A stretch of 64,000 nucleotides of DNA from Eledone cirrhosa. Its lineage: Eukaryota. The stretch spans positions 29,822,001 to 29,886,000 of the forward strand of contig OZ024761.1 of assembly GCA_964016885.1 (NCBI GenBank), read 5' to 3'. Of this stretch, positions 43,827-56,315 are shown in pieces (position 1 is the stretch's first letter; the number at the start of each line of letters is the position of its first letter). The notes under the pieces are model-generated. The model saw nothing but the letters and a program-made list of their open reading frames with translations, was not told the DNA's origin and did not search any database. Position numbers and translations under genes: made by a program.

Positions 43827-44729
43827 TACTGCAATACATTTTAGTCTATGTTCTAATGACTATCAATTCACTAACCTCTTTGCCTTGCAACCACATCATT
43901 TCGGGTACAGTTCCACTGTTTGAGACCTTGGCGAATTATCTTCTACCATTGCCTCAGGTTGACTAATAATGCCTTGTGAGTGATATTTGGTAGACAGAAA
44001 CTGTACAGAAGCCTACTGTGTATATATGTATGTATTTATACATGTTGGTGCAGTCTCAGAGAAACACTATATTTATACAGATATAACTTTATCATACACT
44101 TCGGCTGCTAGCGGAATTCTTACTATATTTATATACATATATAAACTCACACACACACACACATATATGTGTGAGTTACATTTATTAAGTGGCTAGACAA
44201 AAATACATAAATACAAAAAAAAAAGTACTGGGGGTCGATATATAATTAACTAAATCCCTTAAAAGAGGTACCCCAGGATAGATGCAGACTAATAACCGAA
44301 ACCAGTAAAATAGAATAAAATAATAGCAACAAGATGAGGTAAACTAGATATGGCCAGTATAAGTCTGCAGATAATAGTCCACCTGAAACACCAGATTGTA
44401 TTTCATCTCACGGCACTACATATACATTTTCTTCAAGACTTTGTCTTTGTTGTTATTGGCCTTGTGCCAAAAGTAGAAACAATTTTTATTTGGCAGTATC
44501 AGTAGAGCAGTATCAGACACCATGTTTTGAAAAATAGAGTTATGGCCCATTAAGTTCTGAGTTCAAGTCCCGCTAAGCTTAGCTTTGCCTTTGTTCTGTA
44601 CAGGGTCGATAAAATAAAGCACCTATAACACACTGGGGTCGATATAATCGACTTCCCTTCAAATTGCTGGCCTTATGCCAAAAGTAGAAATAATTATTAT
44701 CATTATAATATATTTAGTCCTTAAACACA

Positions 44730-47606
44730 TCATTCACGGATTTTGCCAGAATCATCATCTTTCATAACAGAAAATGCCACTTCATTTAGATTCATTGGTT
44801 CGAAAGTAAGGTCATCACTTAATAATACAGCCAATGTGGATCCCCGTTCTGATTTCAAGTCTTTGAATCTCTGTACTGCATTATAATGGCTTTGATCTGG
44901 GTCTGTGCCAACTGTAGGCAACAAAGAGGTTGTGCTGTGGTAAAGTGGATAAACAGTTTCCAGAAAACTGTCTATAAACACTTTCTTCTGGTGGTTGATG
45001 TCACGTCGAGCCATCCGACTCATTTCCTTCTGCTTCTCAATCCAAGTGTCACGCAGCAGCTGCATCATGTCGAAACGATCTGCCAGCAAAGGGAAAGACG
45101 CCAATACCGAACTGGATATCAGCTCAGTGCTATCCAAATCAGGTCTGTCTCGTAGGAGAACCTTTGCCAGAATGTTCCGATACAATGTATAAAAATGCAT
45201 CAGACATACATTACCAATGATTGTGTGAGGCAAACAATTCAACATATCCTTCTGTTCTTTTTTTGGCAGAGCAACTTTTACTACTAGTGTCGGTTTCTGG
45301 TGACCAGTAAAAAGACTGAAAAAAGAATTCTCTTCGACGGCATTCGAAGACTTTGAATCAAGGGGTACACCCCTATCGTAGGGAGTCCCACCATGAAGAG
45401 GTAGATCGTAGCTGCGGTTTATTGTCTCCTCTGTTAGTGATAGTGTAGCCCAACCACAGCTAAACACCCCGTGTTCCTGAGTGTCATGTCGGACATAAGA
45501 TAAACACAGTTCGAAAAGTAAACTTAGATGGCTTCCAGAGTAGTTGGTTCTCACAAAGAACTCTGCATGTAAACTGATATCCATATTGTCAGAGACACGA
45601 GCAGAAAAATTCCAGGATTTTTTAGATTTATCAACCGACTGGACTTTGATAGTGTGTATGTTACTCAGGACATTTTTGCCGTCAAAAATACACACTCGCA
45701 CATATCGACACTGGATGTCGAGACCCGGACCTGTTAGGGGTATGTTTTGGCAAGACTGAATGCTCACAATTTTCAATATATTTACAATATAAGGACAAAT
45801 TTGTTTGTCTGATGGAGAATAAAACAAATCTTTATAATTCATTGCTGTTTTACTGAAGGAAGGACGGAGTGCTTCACTTATATGGTAATCCGAGCTGGTA
45901 GCCCATAAACTGCTCAGAGTTGAAGGTCTGAAGCCAGATGGTACACTACCCATAGCTTGAAGGACGTTAACAACAGACTGTTCTTGAAATGATTCTTTGA
46001 TAGATTGCCAAAGCTGTTTACCAGAGCGAGCGAGCGATTGATCAGCTTTGCTATCAACTTTCATGCCTTCATCTATTTCTGAATCTTCTTCTTCATTTTC
46101 TCCACTCTCTTCCTCTTCATTTATTTGCTTCCCTTCCTCATCTTCCTCAAAGTTTTCATCACTCTCACTTTCCTCTTCACTGTCATCCTCCTCATCCTCA
46201 TCGTCGTCACCTTCATTAGCCTCTGGCCTCATCTGTAGATATGTGCTGGGCACCAAACCCTGACAGCCAGCTTCATTTTCAGCAAGCCACCACCCATTTC
46301 TGTCTGCTCGCACCACTATTAAAAGTTCCCCTCTTTTAAAACTTAGATCGTCCTCCTCTTCTTTATTGTAGTCCGACAAAGCAATAAAATACTTTGTAGA
46401 AAGTTTTATTTCTTTATCATCTGATTCTTCCCCTTTTTCTTCCTCCTCAGAATCTTCTCCTTCATCTTCCTCCTCCTCAGAATCTTCTACCTCTTCGTCA
46501 ATGTCTTCCTCCTCTACATCCACTTCGTCGGAGTCTTCCTCTTCTTCACCAGAGTCCACTTTCTCCTCTTCTTCATCACGGTCTTCTTTCTTCTTCTTCC
46601 ATTTCTTTTTCTGTTCCTCATCTTTCTCTCCCACCATTTTCTTCTCAGTTTTACTTGAAGTAGTAGAAGGCTGTGGAGGTAATTTCTCCTCTTGACGACG
46701 ATTATGTTTTAATATTGATTTCATGTCGGCTAATAATTTTGATTTCAACCCTTTACTTTTCTGACTGACCACAGAACTTCCACTTTCTGTTGCTACTGCT
46801 GGACTCTGAGAAGAGTCAGAGGTGATGTCGACTTGACTGGTTGTTTTTTTCTCAGATGCTGGCTTCGTTTTTGAAATAGAATGTTTGGAAGACTTTGAAT
46901 TGCCAGGATCTTTGATTTTATCAACCTCATGAGAACTACTTTCAGCACCACGAGGACTACTTCCAGCATTACGAGGACTACTCACAGCAACCTCCTCCTC
47001 CTCATCGTCGTCGTCGTCGTCATCATCATCATCATCGTCATCATCATCATCATCGTCATCATCATCATCATCATCATCGTCGTCGTCTTCATCATCGTCG
47101 TCGTCTTCATCATCGTCGTCGTCGTCGTCATCCTCATCAATTTTACCTTTCCCAGCGATATTTTCATCTGTAGTACTTTTTTTTTGTTTACCTTTTTTGT
47201 CCTTTTCCTTCCCTTTTCTAGTTTTCTCCGTGGTTGTCTCCCTTGCATCTCCCTTTACTGAGCTTTCCCCTCGCTGCGATCTTGCCACTTGCTCAATAAA
47301 ATTGTTGGCATCCGACACTAGTTTCTGTCGAGCGGCAACTTTTTTTAGAAGATTCTTTTTCTTGGAATCGAAATTCTTCTGTTGTTTCGGTTCTTCATTT
47401 TGAAGCGCGTTAATGTCGTTTGTCAGACTTTCCAATTCGTACGCCAAATCTTTACATTCTACGGTTAACGACAAAACATTTTCTGGATCTTTCACTTTCG
47501 AATTCTTAAATTTCTTGAATTTCTTAAGAAACGTATCTGAATCTTTTTTCAATTTATCGAATGCATTCAACAACGTTTGAAGAGCAGCTGGTGTTTTGCC
47601 TAACAT
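44730..47606 (-). CDS. NPHP1: Nephrocystin-1 (ciliary transition-zone protein), single coding exon, 958 aa
   Basis: N-terminal coiled coil, acidic tract, SH3 (YFIALSDYNKEEEDDLSFKRGELLIVVRADRNGWWLAENEAGCQGLVPSTYL), second acidic tract, then nephrocystin-homology-domain motifs (MGSVPSGFRPSTLS, VRVCIFDGKNVLSNIHT, LLFELCLSY, SCGWATL, LHGGTPY). Confidence 0.92.
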   Translation of the reverse strand: MLGKTPAALQTLLNAFDKLKKDSDTFLKKFKKFKNSKVKDPENVLSLTVECKDLAYELESLTNDINALQNEEPKQQKNFDSKKKNLLKKVAARQKLVSDANNFIEQVARSQRGESSVKGDARETTTEKTRKGKEKDKKGKQKKSTTDENIAGKGKIDEDDDDDDDDEDDDDDEDDDDDDDDDDDDDDDDDDDDDDDDDDDDEEEEVAVSSPRNAGSSPRGAESSSHEVDKIKDPGNSKSSKHSISKTKPASEKKTTSQVDITSDSSQSPAVATESGSSVVSQKSKGLKSKLLADMKSILKHNRRQEEKLPPQPSTTSSKTEKKMVGEKDEEQKKKWKKKKEDRDEEEEKVDSGEEEEDSDEVDVEEEDIDEEVEDSEEEEDEGEDSEEEEKGEESDDKEIKLSTKYFIALSDYNKEEEDDLSFKRGELLIVVRADRNGWWLAENEAGCQGLVPSTYLQMRPEANEGDDDEDEEDDSEEESESDENFEEDEEGKQINEEEESGENEEEDSEIDEGMKVDSKADQSLARSGKQLWQSIKESFQEQSVVNVLQAMGSVPSGFRPSTLSSLWATSSDYHISEALRPSFSKTAMNYKDLFYSPSDKQICPYIVNILKIVSIQSCQNIPLTGPGLDIQCRYVRVCIFDGKNVLSNIHTIKVQSVDKSKKSWNFSARVSDNMDISLHAEFFVRTNYSGSHLSLLFELCLSYVRHDTQEHGVFSCGWATLSLTEETINRSYDLPLHGGTPYDRGVPLDSKSSNAVEENSFFSLFTGHQKPTLVVKVALPKKEQKDMLNCLPHTIIGNVCLMHFYTLYRNILAKVLLRDRPDLDSTELISSSVLASFPLLADRFDMMQLLRDTWIEKQKEMSRMARRDINHQKKVFIDSFLETVYPLYHSTTSLLPTVGTDPDQSHYNAVQRFKDLKSERGSTLAVLLSDDLTFEPMNLNEVAFSVMKDDDSGKIRE

Positions 47607-48140
47607 TATTACGTTCAGATATTATACATACATTAAGTGTAAGAGTTAATACAGACAGTTGTATGTGCGTGCATCTGTTTACCTTGTCATTATTCTTTTA
47701 GTGCGAAGAATATATTGGATGGAGTATTCCGTTGCGGACCTCTACGTTATGGTTTCAAATGTTTTTCGTTCATCCGGGGTTCGACAAAATAAAGTACCAG
47801 TCAAGTACTGGGATGGTCGATATAATCGACTTTCCTCTCCCTACAAATTGCTGGCCTTGTGTCTAAATTAGAAACCACTTTTTCAAACAAATTTTTGATG
47901 AAACAAGTCTCTATGTTGTTAAGACAAACGTAACTAAGAGGAGTCAGCAAATCGCCACCTACAGGACGCAAACTAAACCGACAGAGATGAGGGGTAGATA
48001 AAGCAGATTAGACTAAATACATAAAATCAAAGGGATGTAAGCGACCTCTAAGCAACATGGAGGCTACCTGGACAGTTTTGTACATGTGTAAATCTTTATT
48101 GTTTCAATATTAACAGAAACGTATCAATATTTACAGAAAA
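47607..48140. promoter_or_regulatory. Probable bidirectional promoter/5'-UTR region between NPHP1 and RFT1
   Basis: Divergent start codons 534 bp apart. Contains a SINE remnant (about 47740-47875) and a YY1-like caacatggagg at about 48053. TSSs cannot be determined from sequence. Confidence 0.55.
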
Positions 48141-51100
48141 ATGAAAGCCGCACATCTACTTTCAGGAGCTGCTAAAGCCGCGTCCTATAATATTATTTTG
48201 CAGGTATTATCACACTATATGCTTATACTTTTATTAACAGTTGTATAAATAATGTTACAAATTGTTTTTAATTTTTACAGAATAAAAATATAAACACAAA
48301 TAATGTATACAATTAATTATTGCTAGAAACCTTATAAGTACATAAAAATATATAAACAAAGCAAGAGAGAAAAATACTTCTTTCTCCGGGAAACGTTTTC
48401 CATTTTCAAGTATATATACAGAATTGGAGCTTATGACATAAAATTACGCAAAAAATTAATTATTGATATTAGTAAAGTCTAGAGTGGGTGATTGGAAGAA
48501 CGTCGGATAAAATCCCATTACGGTATTTGTTCTGGCTCTATACGTTCGGAGTTCAAATCACTCCGAGGTCAACTATACCTTTCATATTTCCGGGATCGAT
48601 AAAATAAAGTATCTGTCAAGTACTGAGGTTAATTTAATCAACTTTCCCCGTCCTCTAAATTGCTGACCTTGTGCCTAAATTAGAAATCAATATTAATAAA
48701 GTCGTGTTTTACATTTGTTCGTAAAACAATAAGTTGTCTCCCCTGTTTTTTTTTCCGTTCTGAGTAAACCCAGTTATATATATATATATATATATACTAG
48801 CAGAGTAGCCAGTTGTTGCTGGGCAATATTTAACCATAGAATGTCTTTTGATTTTTTTAATTATTATTATTCCATGTCTCCCTCGTACCTTACTTATTCC
48901 CCGTGGCCTGTCTCCGTGAATCGTCAATCGTTCTCCAAAGTGATTTCTATGGAAACTTACTCAGTGGAGCTGTACGTTGAAGTGCTATAAGTGGCTTGTG
49001 TACTTTAGGTGTCCTCTGTAAGCACAACTCTCTGCCTCACATTAACAACACTACCCTCAGCTGGTGATATGGATGGGTGGAATATTAAGGTTACATTGAA
49101 AGAATACATGAGGCGATCAATAAAAGACAGACTACTTAAATATATGTGCGTGTATGTATGCAAAAGGCAAACAAAATAGAATGAAGAAATATATTATCAA
49201 TTTTTACGCTTGATATAGTAGGAAAAGAGTCTTAATATTTTGGCCGCTAGTCCTTCATCAGAAAATAGATGAGAAATTGAAGAAGGGATAGAAAGATTGA
49301 TAAGGCAGGCATTGGTGGAAATGAAAAAAAAAACAGGTCCATTCAAATTACCATCTCTAGGAAAACTGAACATATATATATAATTAGGAATGGTTATCTG
49401 AAGAGGAATGGAAGGGAACCACAGTTAAATAAGGTACTCAATTTATAAACAATTGTTTTGTCTATTTCTCAGCTCAGTACCCGTCTGTTGACATTTATAC
49501 TGAATGGTTTCATAATTCACTACATCTCGCGAGACATGTTGGGTGTTGTTAATGTCAGGTAAGTCACTCAGCTCTCTTATAAATCAAATACACTCGGGTC
49601 CCAAATAAAAGGGATGGGGGATTTAAATAAGCCGAGAGATTGGAAAATCGGTAATTTTTCTAAGTTGCCTCTGTTGATTTTTTTAAAAACCACAATTAGT
49701 TGTTTAGTTTACATATTAAGAAACCGTGGAGTGGGGAGACCCAAGATGACCTGGGATGAGGTGATAAAAGCCGACCTTACCCAATTACACCTCTCAAAGG
49801 CAATGACACACGACCGTGACCTCTGGCGTCACGCAGTAATACAGAGTACCCAACCTCCCATGGGTACAAGCTGAAGCATATAGACAATATGCCCCCACAC
49901 CCCCCACTGCAAGGTGGTCGTGGAGGTGCCACGGCAAAAAAGCACCCAGCCCACACTGTAAAGTGGATGTGTAGGCGCCACGAAAAAGCACCCAGCACTC
50001 ACTGTAAATGAGGTTGGTGTTAGGAAGGGCATCCAGCTGTAGAAATCAAGCCAAATCACTTCCTGTATGAGCAAGGCATGGTCAGCCGACCAGACACTGC
50101 CCACAACAGGACAACCCGTCTAACCCATGCTAGCGTGGAAGAACGGACGTAAAACGGTGATGATGATTAAGACCCCTCCTCCAACTCATCCTTTTTTATT
50201 TTATAATGTATGGGATTTCTTGTAATGTATAATGTTTTTTAATGTATAAAGAAAATTAATTGTTGCAAGAATGCTATCACAAGATATATTTTATGACACT
50301 CCTAGAAAAATGTTTCTCTTCTGTAAAGAACTGACACCCATGAAAGAATTTTACACGTATAATCTATCTGTAAGGTGGTTGTGTAGGAGAAACAGTAAAA
50401 AGGCTCCCAGTACACACTGTAAATATGGTTGGTGTTAGGAAGGGCATCCAGCTGTAAAAAACCCTGCCAGAGACAGTTCTGTACGAGCGAGACACAGTCT
50501 CCCGACTATTCCCGCATCAAATGGAGCAAAACCATCTAACTCATGCTAGCGTGGAAAATGGATGTTAAACGTTGATGATGATGATAGATGAGCAAAATTT
50601 AAATAAGTGGGGCAGGGTTGGAAAAAATCTGAAAAATTAGTAAGCGAGAAGTGGGAGTAGGGGCATTATTCAAGACCCAAGAGTAAATCTTTAATAATAC
50701 TATTTTCTAAGATTTTATTTGTATATTTTGTAGTAATTGGCAGAGTCATTAGAACATCAGATAGAATGCTTTGTGGTATTAGTTTTGGCTCTCTGTGTTC
50801 TGAGTTCAAATCCTGCCGTGGTCAATTTTGTCAGACACTGTATCACACTGAATCACTCACTTTTTTCTTACAGATTAACCTTGTTGTACAGCACTAGCAT
50901 ATTTATTTCACGTGAAGCTTTCAATCGAGCCTGTTTAAGTCATGCGGGGAAAACCCCTTGGACACATGTCATTAATTTATTGTGGCTAACGTGAGTAAAC
51001 TACTACTATTATTACTATTACTTATATACTTATTTTCTTAAATCAAGGGTCCTACAGTAATGTGCCCTTTAGTTTTAATTGTAACCTTTCTGTACCATAT

Positions 51101-52294
51101 TTCTAATGAAAAATATTGCCTATGGTTTTCACATAATTTTCAAGTTAATCAAGAATTTGGAAGGATTTAGTAATATAATTAACTATTTTCCCCCTATTAA
51201 ACTTTCTCTCTCATCCTCTTTCTCATGGATTAGCAGAATCATAAGAGTATCCTTCCCCACATCAACTCTTTTAGTCACTATTTCAACATAGTCTCTGGAA
51301 AGAAACAATGCAGTTATTAATAAGAAGAGTTGAAATTAATGCAGGCAAGATTTCACAGTGCTAACATCACTCCTTCGTTGTCATCAGCCTCTGAACTTAT
51401 TAGCCAACCCTCATATAAAAATTAGTTTCCTACTCTTCCCTGACTCATGTCCTAAGAGTTGCCCTTTATTTTCAATTTTGTTGATATCAAATCCCTATTT
51501 ACCATTACCTTTCTTTCAGTGTCCCATGTGCAACTGTTGCTAGCTTCATTTTGAGTTTAATTTGGCTCTACCTACTTCAGAGGCCTGACCCTGATATTGT
51601 ACCTCATTATAATATTGGAGTAATTGCATTTGCTGCTTCAACGATAATCGAGGTAACTGCTCAACCTCTCTGGGTCATTACACAAGCTTTTATGTTCATC
51701 AAACTTAAAGTAAGTTAATACATTTTTATATAAGAATTGTTTATCTTGATTTTGTGTCTTAGAAAAGAATTGCTGGACAGATATTTACAAGGCAAAGCCA
51801 ACTGGCAGGAGACGTAGATTGTCTCTTTAGTTTTGTTGGAGAAGAGACAAACTTCTTTAGTGACAGAGAAATGATAAAATGGAGACAGTGTAAGATAGAG
51901 AGGACACTTTAGTCTTGTCAGAGAAAAGACAACCTTTCTGGTGACAGTGTCACAATAAAATGTATTGTAGTGTGCTCTGTAACAGGGTTGGTGATAGGAA
52001 GGACCTCGAGCCATAGAAGCCATACCAAAAGAGTGATATATATTCCTTGATTTGTCCAACCCATGCCAATGTGAAAAAGACATAAAATTCTTATTATTAT
52101 TATGCAATTATTTTTTTTACAGGTGTTAATAGAGGCCCTACTTCTAATTGTTAAAGCTGCCATAACAATATTTCTAGTTATTTATAAACCTCACTTAGGA
52201 CTCATTATATTTTCATTAGCTCAGGTAAGTTATTACCTTTATCTCTCTCTTCTGTATATGTCTATATTTACATTGTTGTTTGTGTGTGTGTGTA

Positions 52295-52375
<81 letters not shown>

Positions 52376-53994
52376 ACACACCCGTCCCACTACCCCCACC
52401 GCCATCTATACCACCCTTTTCGATATAAAACTATGTTGGTACCACAACATCCAGTCCTAAATAAATGAGGTCGTGTAGGTGTCACAACAAAAAAACACAG
52501 TCCACGCTGTAATGTGGCCGTGTAGGTAACACGGTAAAAACCTCCCAGTCCACACTGTAAACGTGGTTGGTGTTGGGAAGGGCATCCAGCCGTAGAAAAC
52601 CCGCCAGACAGTCCCGAGCAAGACAACCAATCTTGCCTCAAGTGGGACAATTCCCGTCCAGACCCATGCTAGCGTGGAAGATGGACGTTAAATGATGATG
52701 ATGATGATGATGATATTGTGTATATATACATATTGTAAGTGTATACATGTATTATTGTTGTGTGTATACATATATTATTGTGGTATATATAAATATTATT
52801 ATGTGTATATACATGTATTGTTGTTGTATGTGTATATATATATTTATATACATACAGTTGTCCCCCGGTATTCGTGAGGGTTATATTACTAGAGTACCTG
52901 CAATGAGTCAAAAACCACAAATATTGGACGTGGTCTATAAAAATGCCTATAAACGTCAAAACATAACGTAAAATATAGGCTGGCAAATACAGTATATTGT
53001 TATTAATAATTTAGCGTTAAAAAGTGTGAAAAAGTATATATTACAAAAAAGCCATTAAAAATCGCAGCAGATATTTACGATTCTGCGAATATGTGGCGGT
53101 TTCCACAAAGAATTATTAGTTAGGTTCTAAGGACAATTCCGCAAATATATGGGACCACGAATGCCGTGGGTACACTGTGTATATGAGGGTCAGCTGAAGA
53201 GTTCAATGGTTGAACAAGATACTCTCATGGAATGACCAAATGAGGTTTATTTTTCAACATAGTCAGCCTATGAAGTTTTCAGCTACCCTCATATATACCT
53301 ATAATGTGTGTATAATGAATTCTCCTGTCCAATGAGCAGAGTCAAATTTTAGCTTGTCCATAAGATGCACAGTTTTAAATATTCATAATACTCACTAACA
53401 TCTCTCTTTCTCTAGGTGGCATCAATGGTAATCTATGTGGCTACATACTACTTCTATTTTATATATTATATACAACGTCAGAAAGAAAACGAGAACTTTC
53501 CACTGAAAACGTTTAGAGATTTTTTCCCGAAATTTTATCCAAACAAGGTACGTGATTTGAGGGTGTTGTAGGTCGCTTGAAGCATTGTGTAAAGTGGAGA
53601 AAATAGTTTTTCTGAACGCTTTGCTTCCTCCCTGGGTATGGATGGATACATGGCACTTGGGAATTTGGAGTTTTCCTTCTCCTAGGTCGGTTGCCAACCA
53701 AGGCTAATATGAGCCCAGCCTATCCATTGCTCAGTTATACCGCTGAGTACCCGGTCATGCCTGCAGCAAGCTCTATAGAAACAGGAGGTACCACAAGAAG
53801 GTGTTGCTGGAGACAGTTAAGGAGAGGCCACATGCATGTGCACACAGCAAGCTGTAGACACAGTGGCAGTCACTTCCCCTGGATAGGAGAGGCTCTATAA
53901 TTGCATCACTATCCTTAACCACCCTCTATATATATTTGTATGTATATATTATTCCATCTCTTTAGTTCTTTACTAACAAAGATTTTACACATTA

Positions 53995-54031
<37 letters not shown>

Positions 54032-56245
54032 ATTTTTTTCATCTCTTAGTCTTTCACTAACAAAGATTTGACCAGTTTAACATGGAGCTTCATGAAACAA
54101 TCTTTCTTGAAACAGATACTTACAGAAGGTAAGTCAGTTTTAATGTTTTAACTTTTAACATGTTTTCTCATCAAATGCAAAATAGATTAGATCAGAAGTC
54201 AGAGACCTCGGGCTCCAGAACTGCCTGAGTCCCTTTAAACTATCTTGTGTCCTTTAGTCTATCTGTAGCCTATCTTGAGTCTAACCCTTGCTAGCGGAGA
54301 AACGCTGATGTTAAAACAATGATGATGGTGATGAGTGACCTTTTTACATACCAAATTCTTAACAAGAAATAAAGGCTGACAAAAGACCTGTTCAGTATTT
54401 TTCATATTTGTGACTGAAAATGGAACTATTGTCTTTGATGTTATAAATATTTGAATGGGAATATTCCAATGAGACAGTTTGAAATGGAAAGACCAATGGA
54501 AACATTGTTTCCTTGGTCCGATCTCACTACTGGCTCCTTTCTTTTCCTTAATATCACCTGTAATATGCTTGCATGGACCCATAATTCCTGTGGGAGTCGT
54601 AAGGGCGCTGTATTGACATACAGCATTTCTACGGTATTTTTTAAACCTGGTGGAGCCCAATCCTCTCCAGATCTGAATACAGCAGATTTCTTCCAGAGAA
54701 GGAAAGAGAGAGTGAGAGAATGGAAGAGATATAGAGGAAGAATTAACCCCAGTACTAGGCTGGTACTTTTTTTTATCAAGCTCGAATGGATAAAAGGCAA
54801 AGTTGAGCTTGGCAGAATTTTTACAGAAAGCTAAAATGAATACCGCAAAGCACTATCCAACATTTGCACGACTCTACTAATTCACCACTTTCTACTTGTA
54901 ATATACTGAATATAAAACTGATGATATCTTGTTTCAGGTGAGAAATATGTTATGACTCTCTTCCAAGTGCTCTCCTTTGCTGATCAAGGTAAGTGAACAA
55001 TAGTATTTTTTATATTACTATATTTAGACCAGTCATGGGCAAACTGTGGTCTGTTTAGTTTTCTGGATGGTATGACTAATTTCAAAATTACTTTGAGTTC
55101 GTTTTAGTCATGCAGCCCACTTTATGGTGACCTTTATCTCATGTACCCTAACTATATTGTGTCATATCTCATGTGGCCCACTTCATGGTGAGCTACATCT
55201 CATGTAGCCCACTTTATGATAAGCCATATCTCATGTAGCCCACTTTATGATGAGCCAACTCTCCTGTGGCCTACCTTATGATGAGCCATATCTCATGTAG
55301 CCCACTTTATGATGAGCCATATCTCATGTGGCCCACCTTATGATGAGCCATATCTCATGTTGCATGTCTTATGATAAGTCATATCTCATGTAGCTCACTT
55401 TATGGTAAAACATATCTCATGTGGCCTGTTTTATGATGAGCCAAATCTCCTGTGGCCTTTCTTAAGATGAGCCATATCTCATGTGGCCTTTCTTATGATA
55501 AGCCATATCGGGGTTGATTAAATAAAGTACCAGTCACGCACTGGGGTCGTTTTAATCGACTTTCCTCTCCCTCCTGGCCTTGTGCTTAAGTTAGAAATCA
55601 TGATAACTGTCTTCACACTAATAGCAATACAATGTTTTACATTCTTTCTATTACAGGAATCTATGACATAATCCATAATCTTGGCTCTCTGGCACCAAGA
55701 TTCCTCTTTAGTCCAATAGAAGAGAACAGTTACCTCTTCTTTTCTCAGATATTGGTCCGGGGAAAAAGTCTGAAACAACAGCAAAAGGTTTGTTTTTCTT
55801 TCTATTCTACGAGGGTGGATTGAAAAGTTCATAGGCTGATGATTATGAAGGTGTGATAATAGAGTGTGAAATCTAGCATGCATTAATTTCAACTCTTCTT
55901 ATTAATAACTGCATTGTTTCTTTCCAGTGACTATGTTGAAAAATAAACCTCATTTGGTCATTCCATGAGAGTATCTTGATCAGCCTATGAACTTTTCAGC
56001 TGACCCTCATCTATATATATATATATATATATACTTCAATGTGGTCTACCTTTCATGGTAGGGTCTATACAAGAAGAAGATGGTATGATCAAACCTATAT
56101 ATTATGTCTGATAGTATACAGTTCTCTAACTGTTATAGATCAGTCAATATATCAATATGATCAACCCTCCGAAACAATCGTAAAACAATGAAATGAATAT
56201 GTAAAATAACTTGCCTTAGTTATTATTATCATTGTTAAACTAATA

Positions 56246-56315
<70 letters not shown>

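Noticed and set aside
44886-47403. Several + strand ORFs overlapping NPHP1
   Set aside because: Antisense shadows of low-complexity codons in NPHP1.
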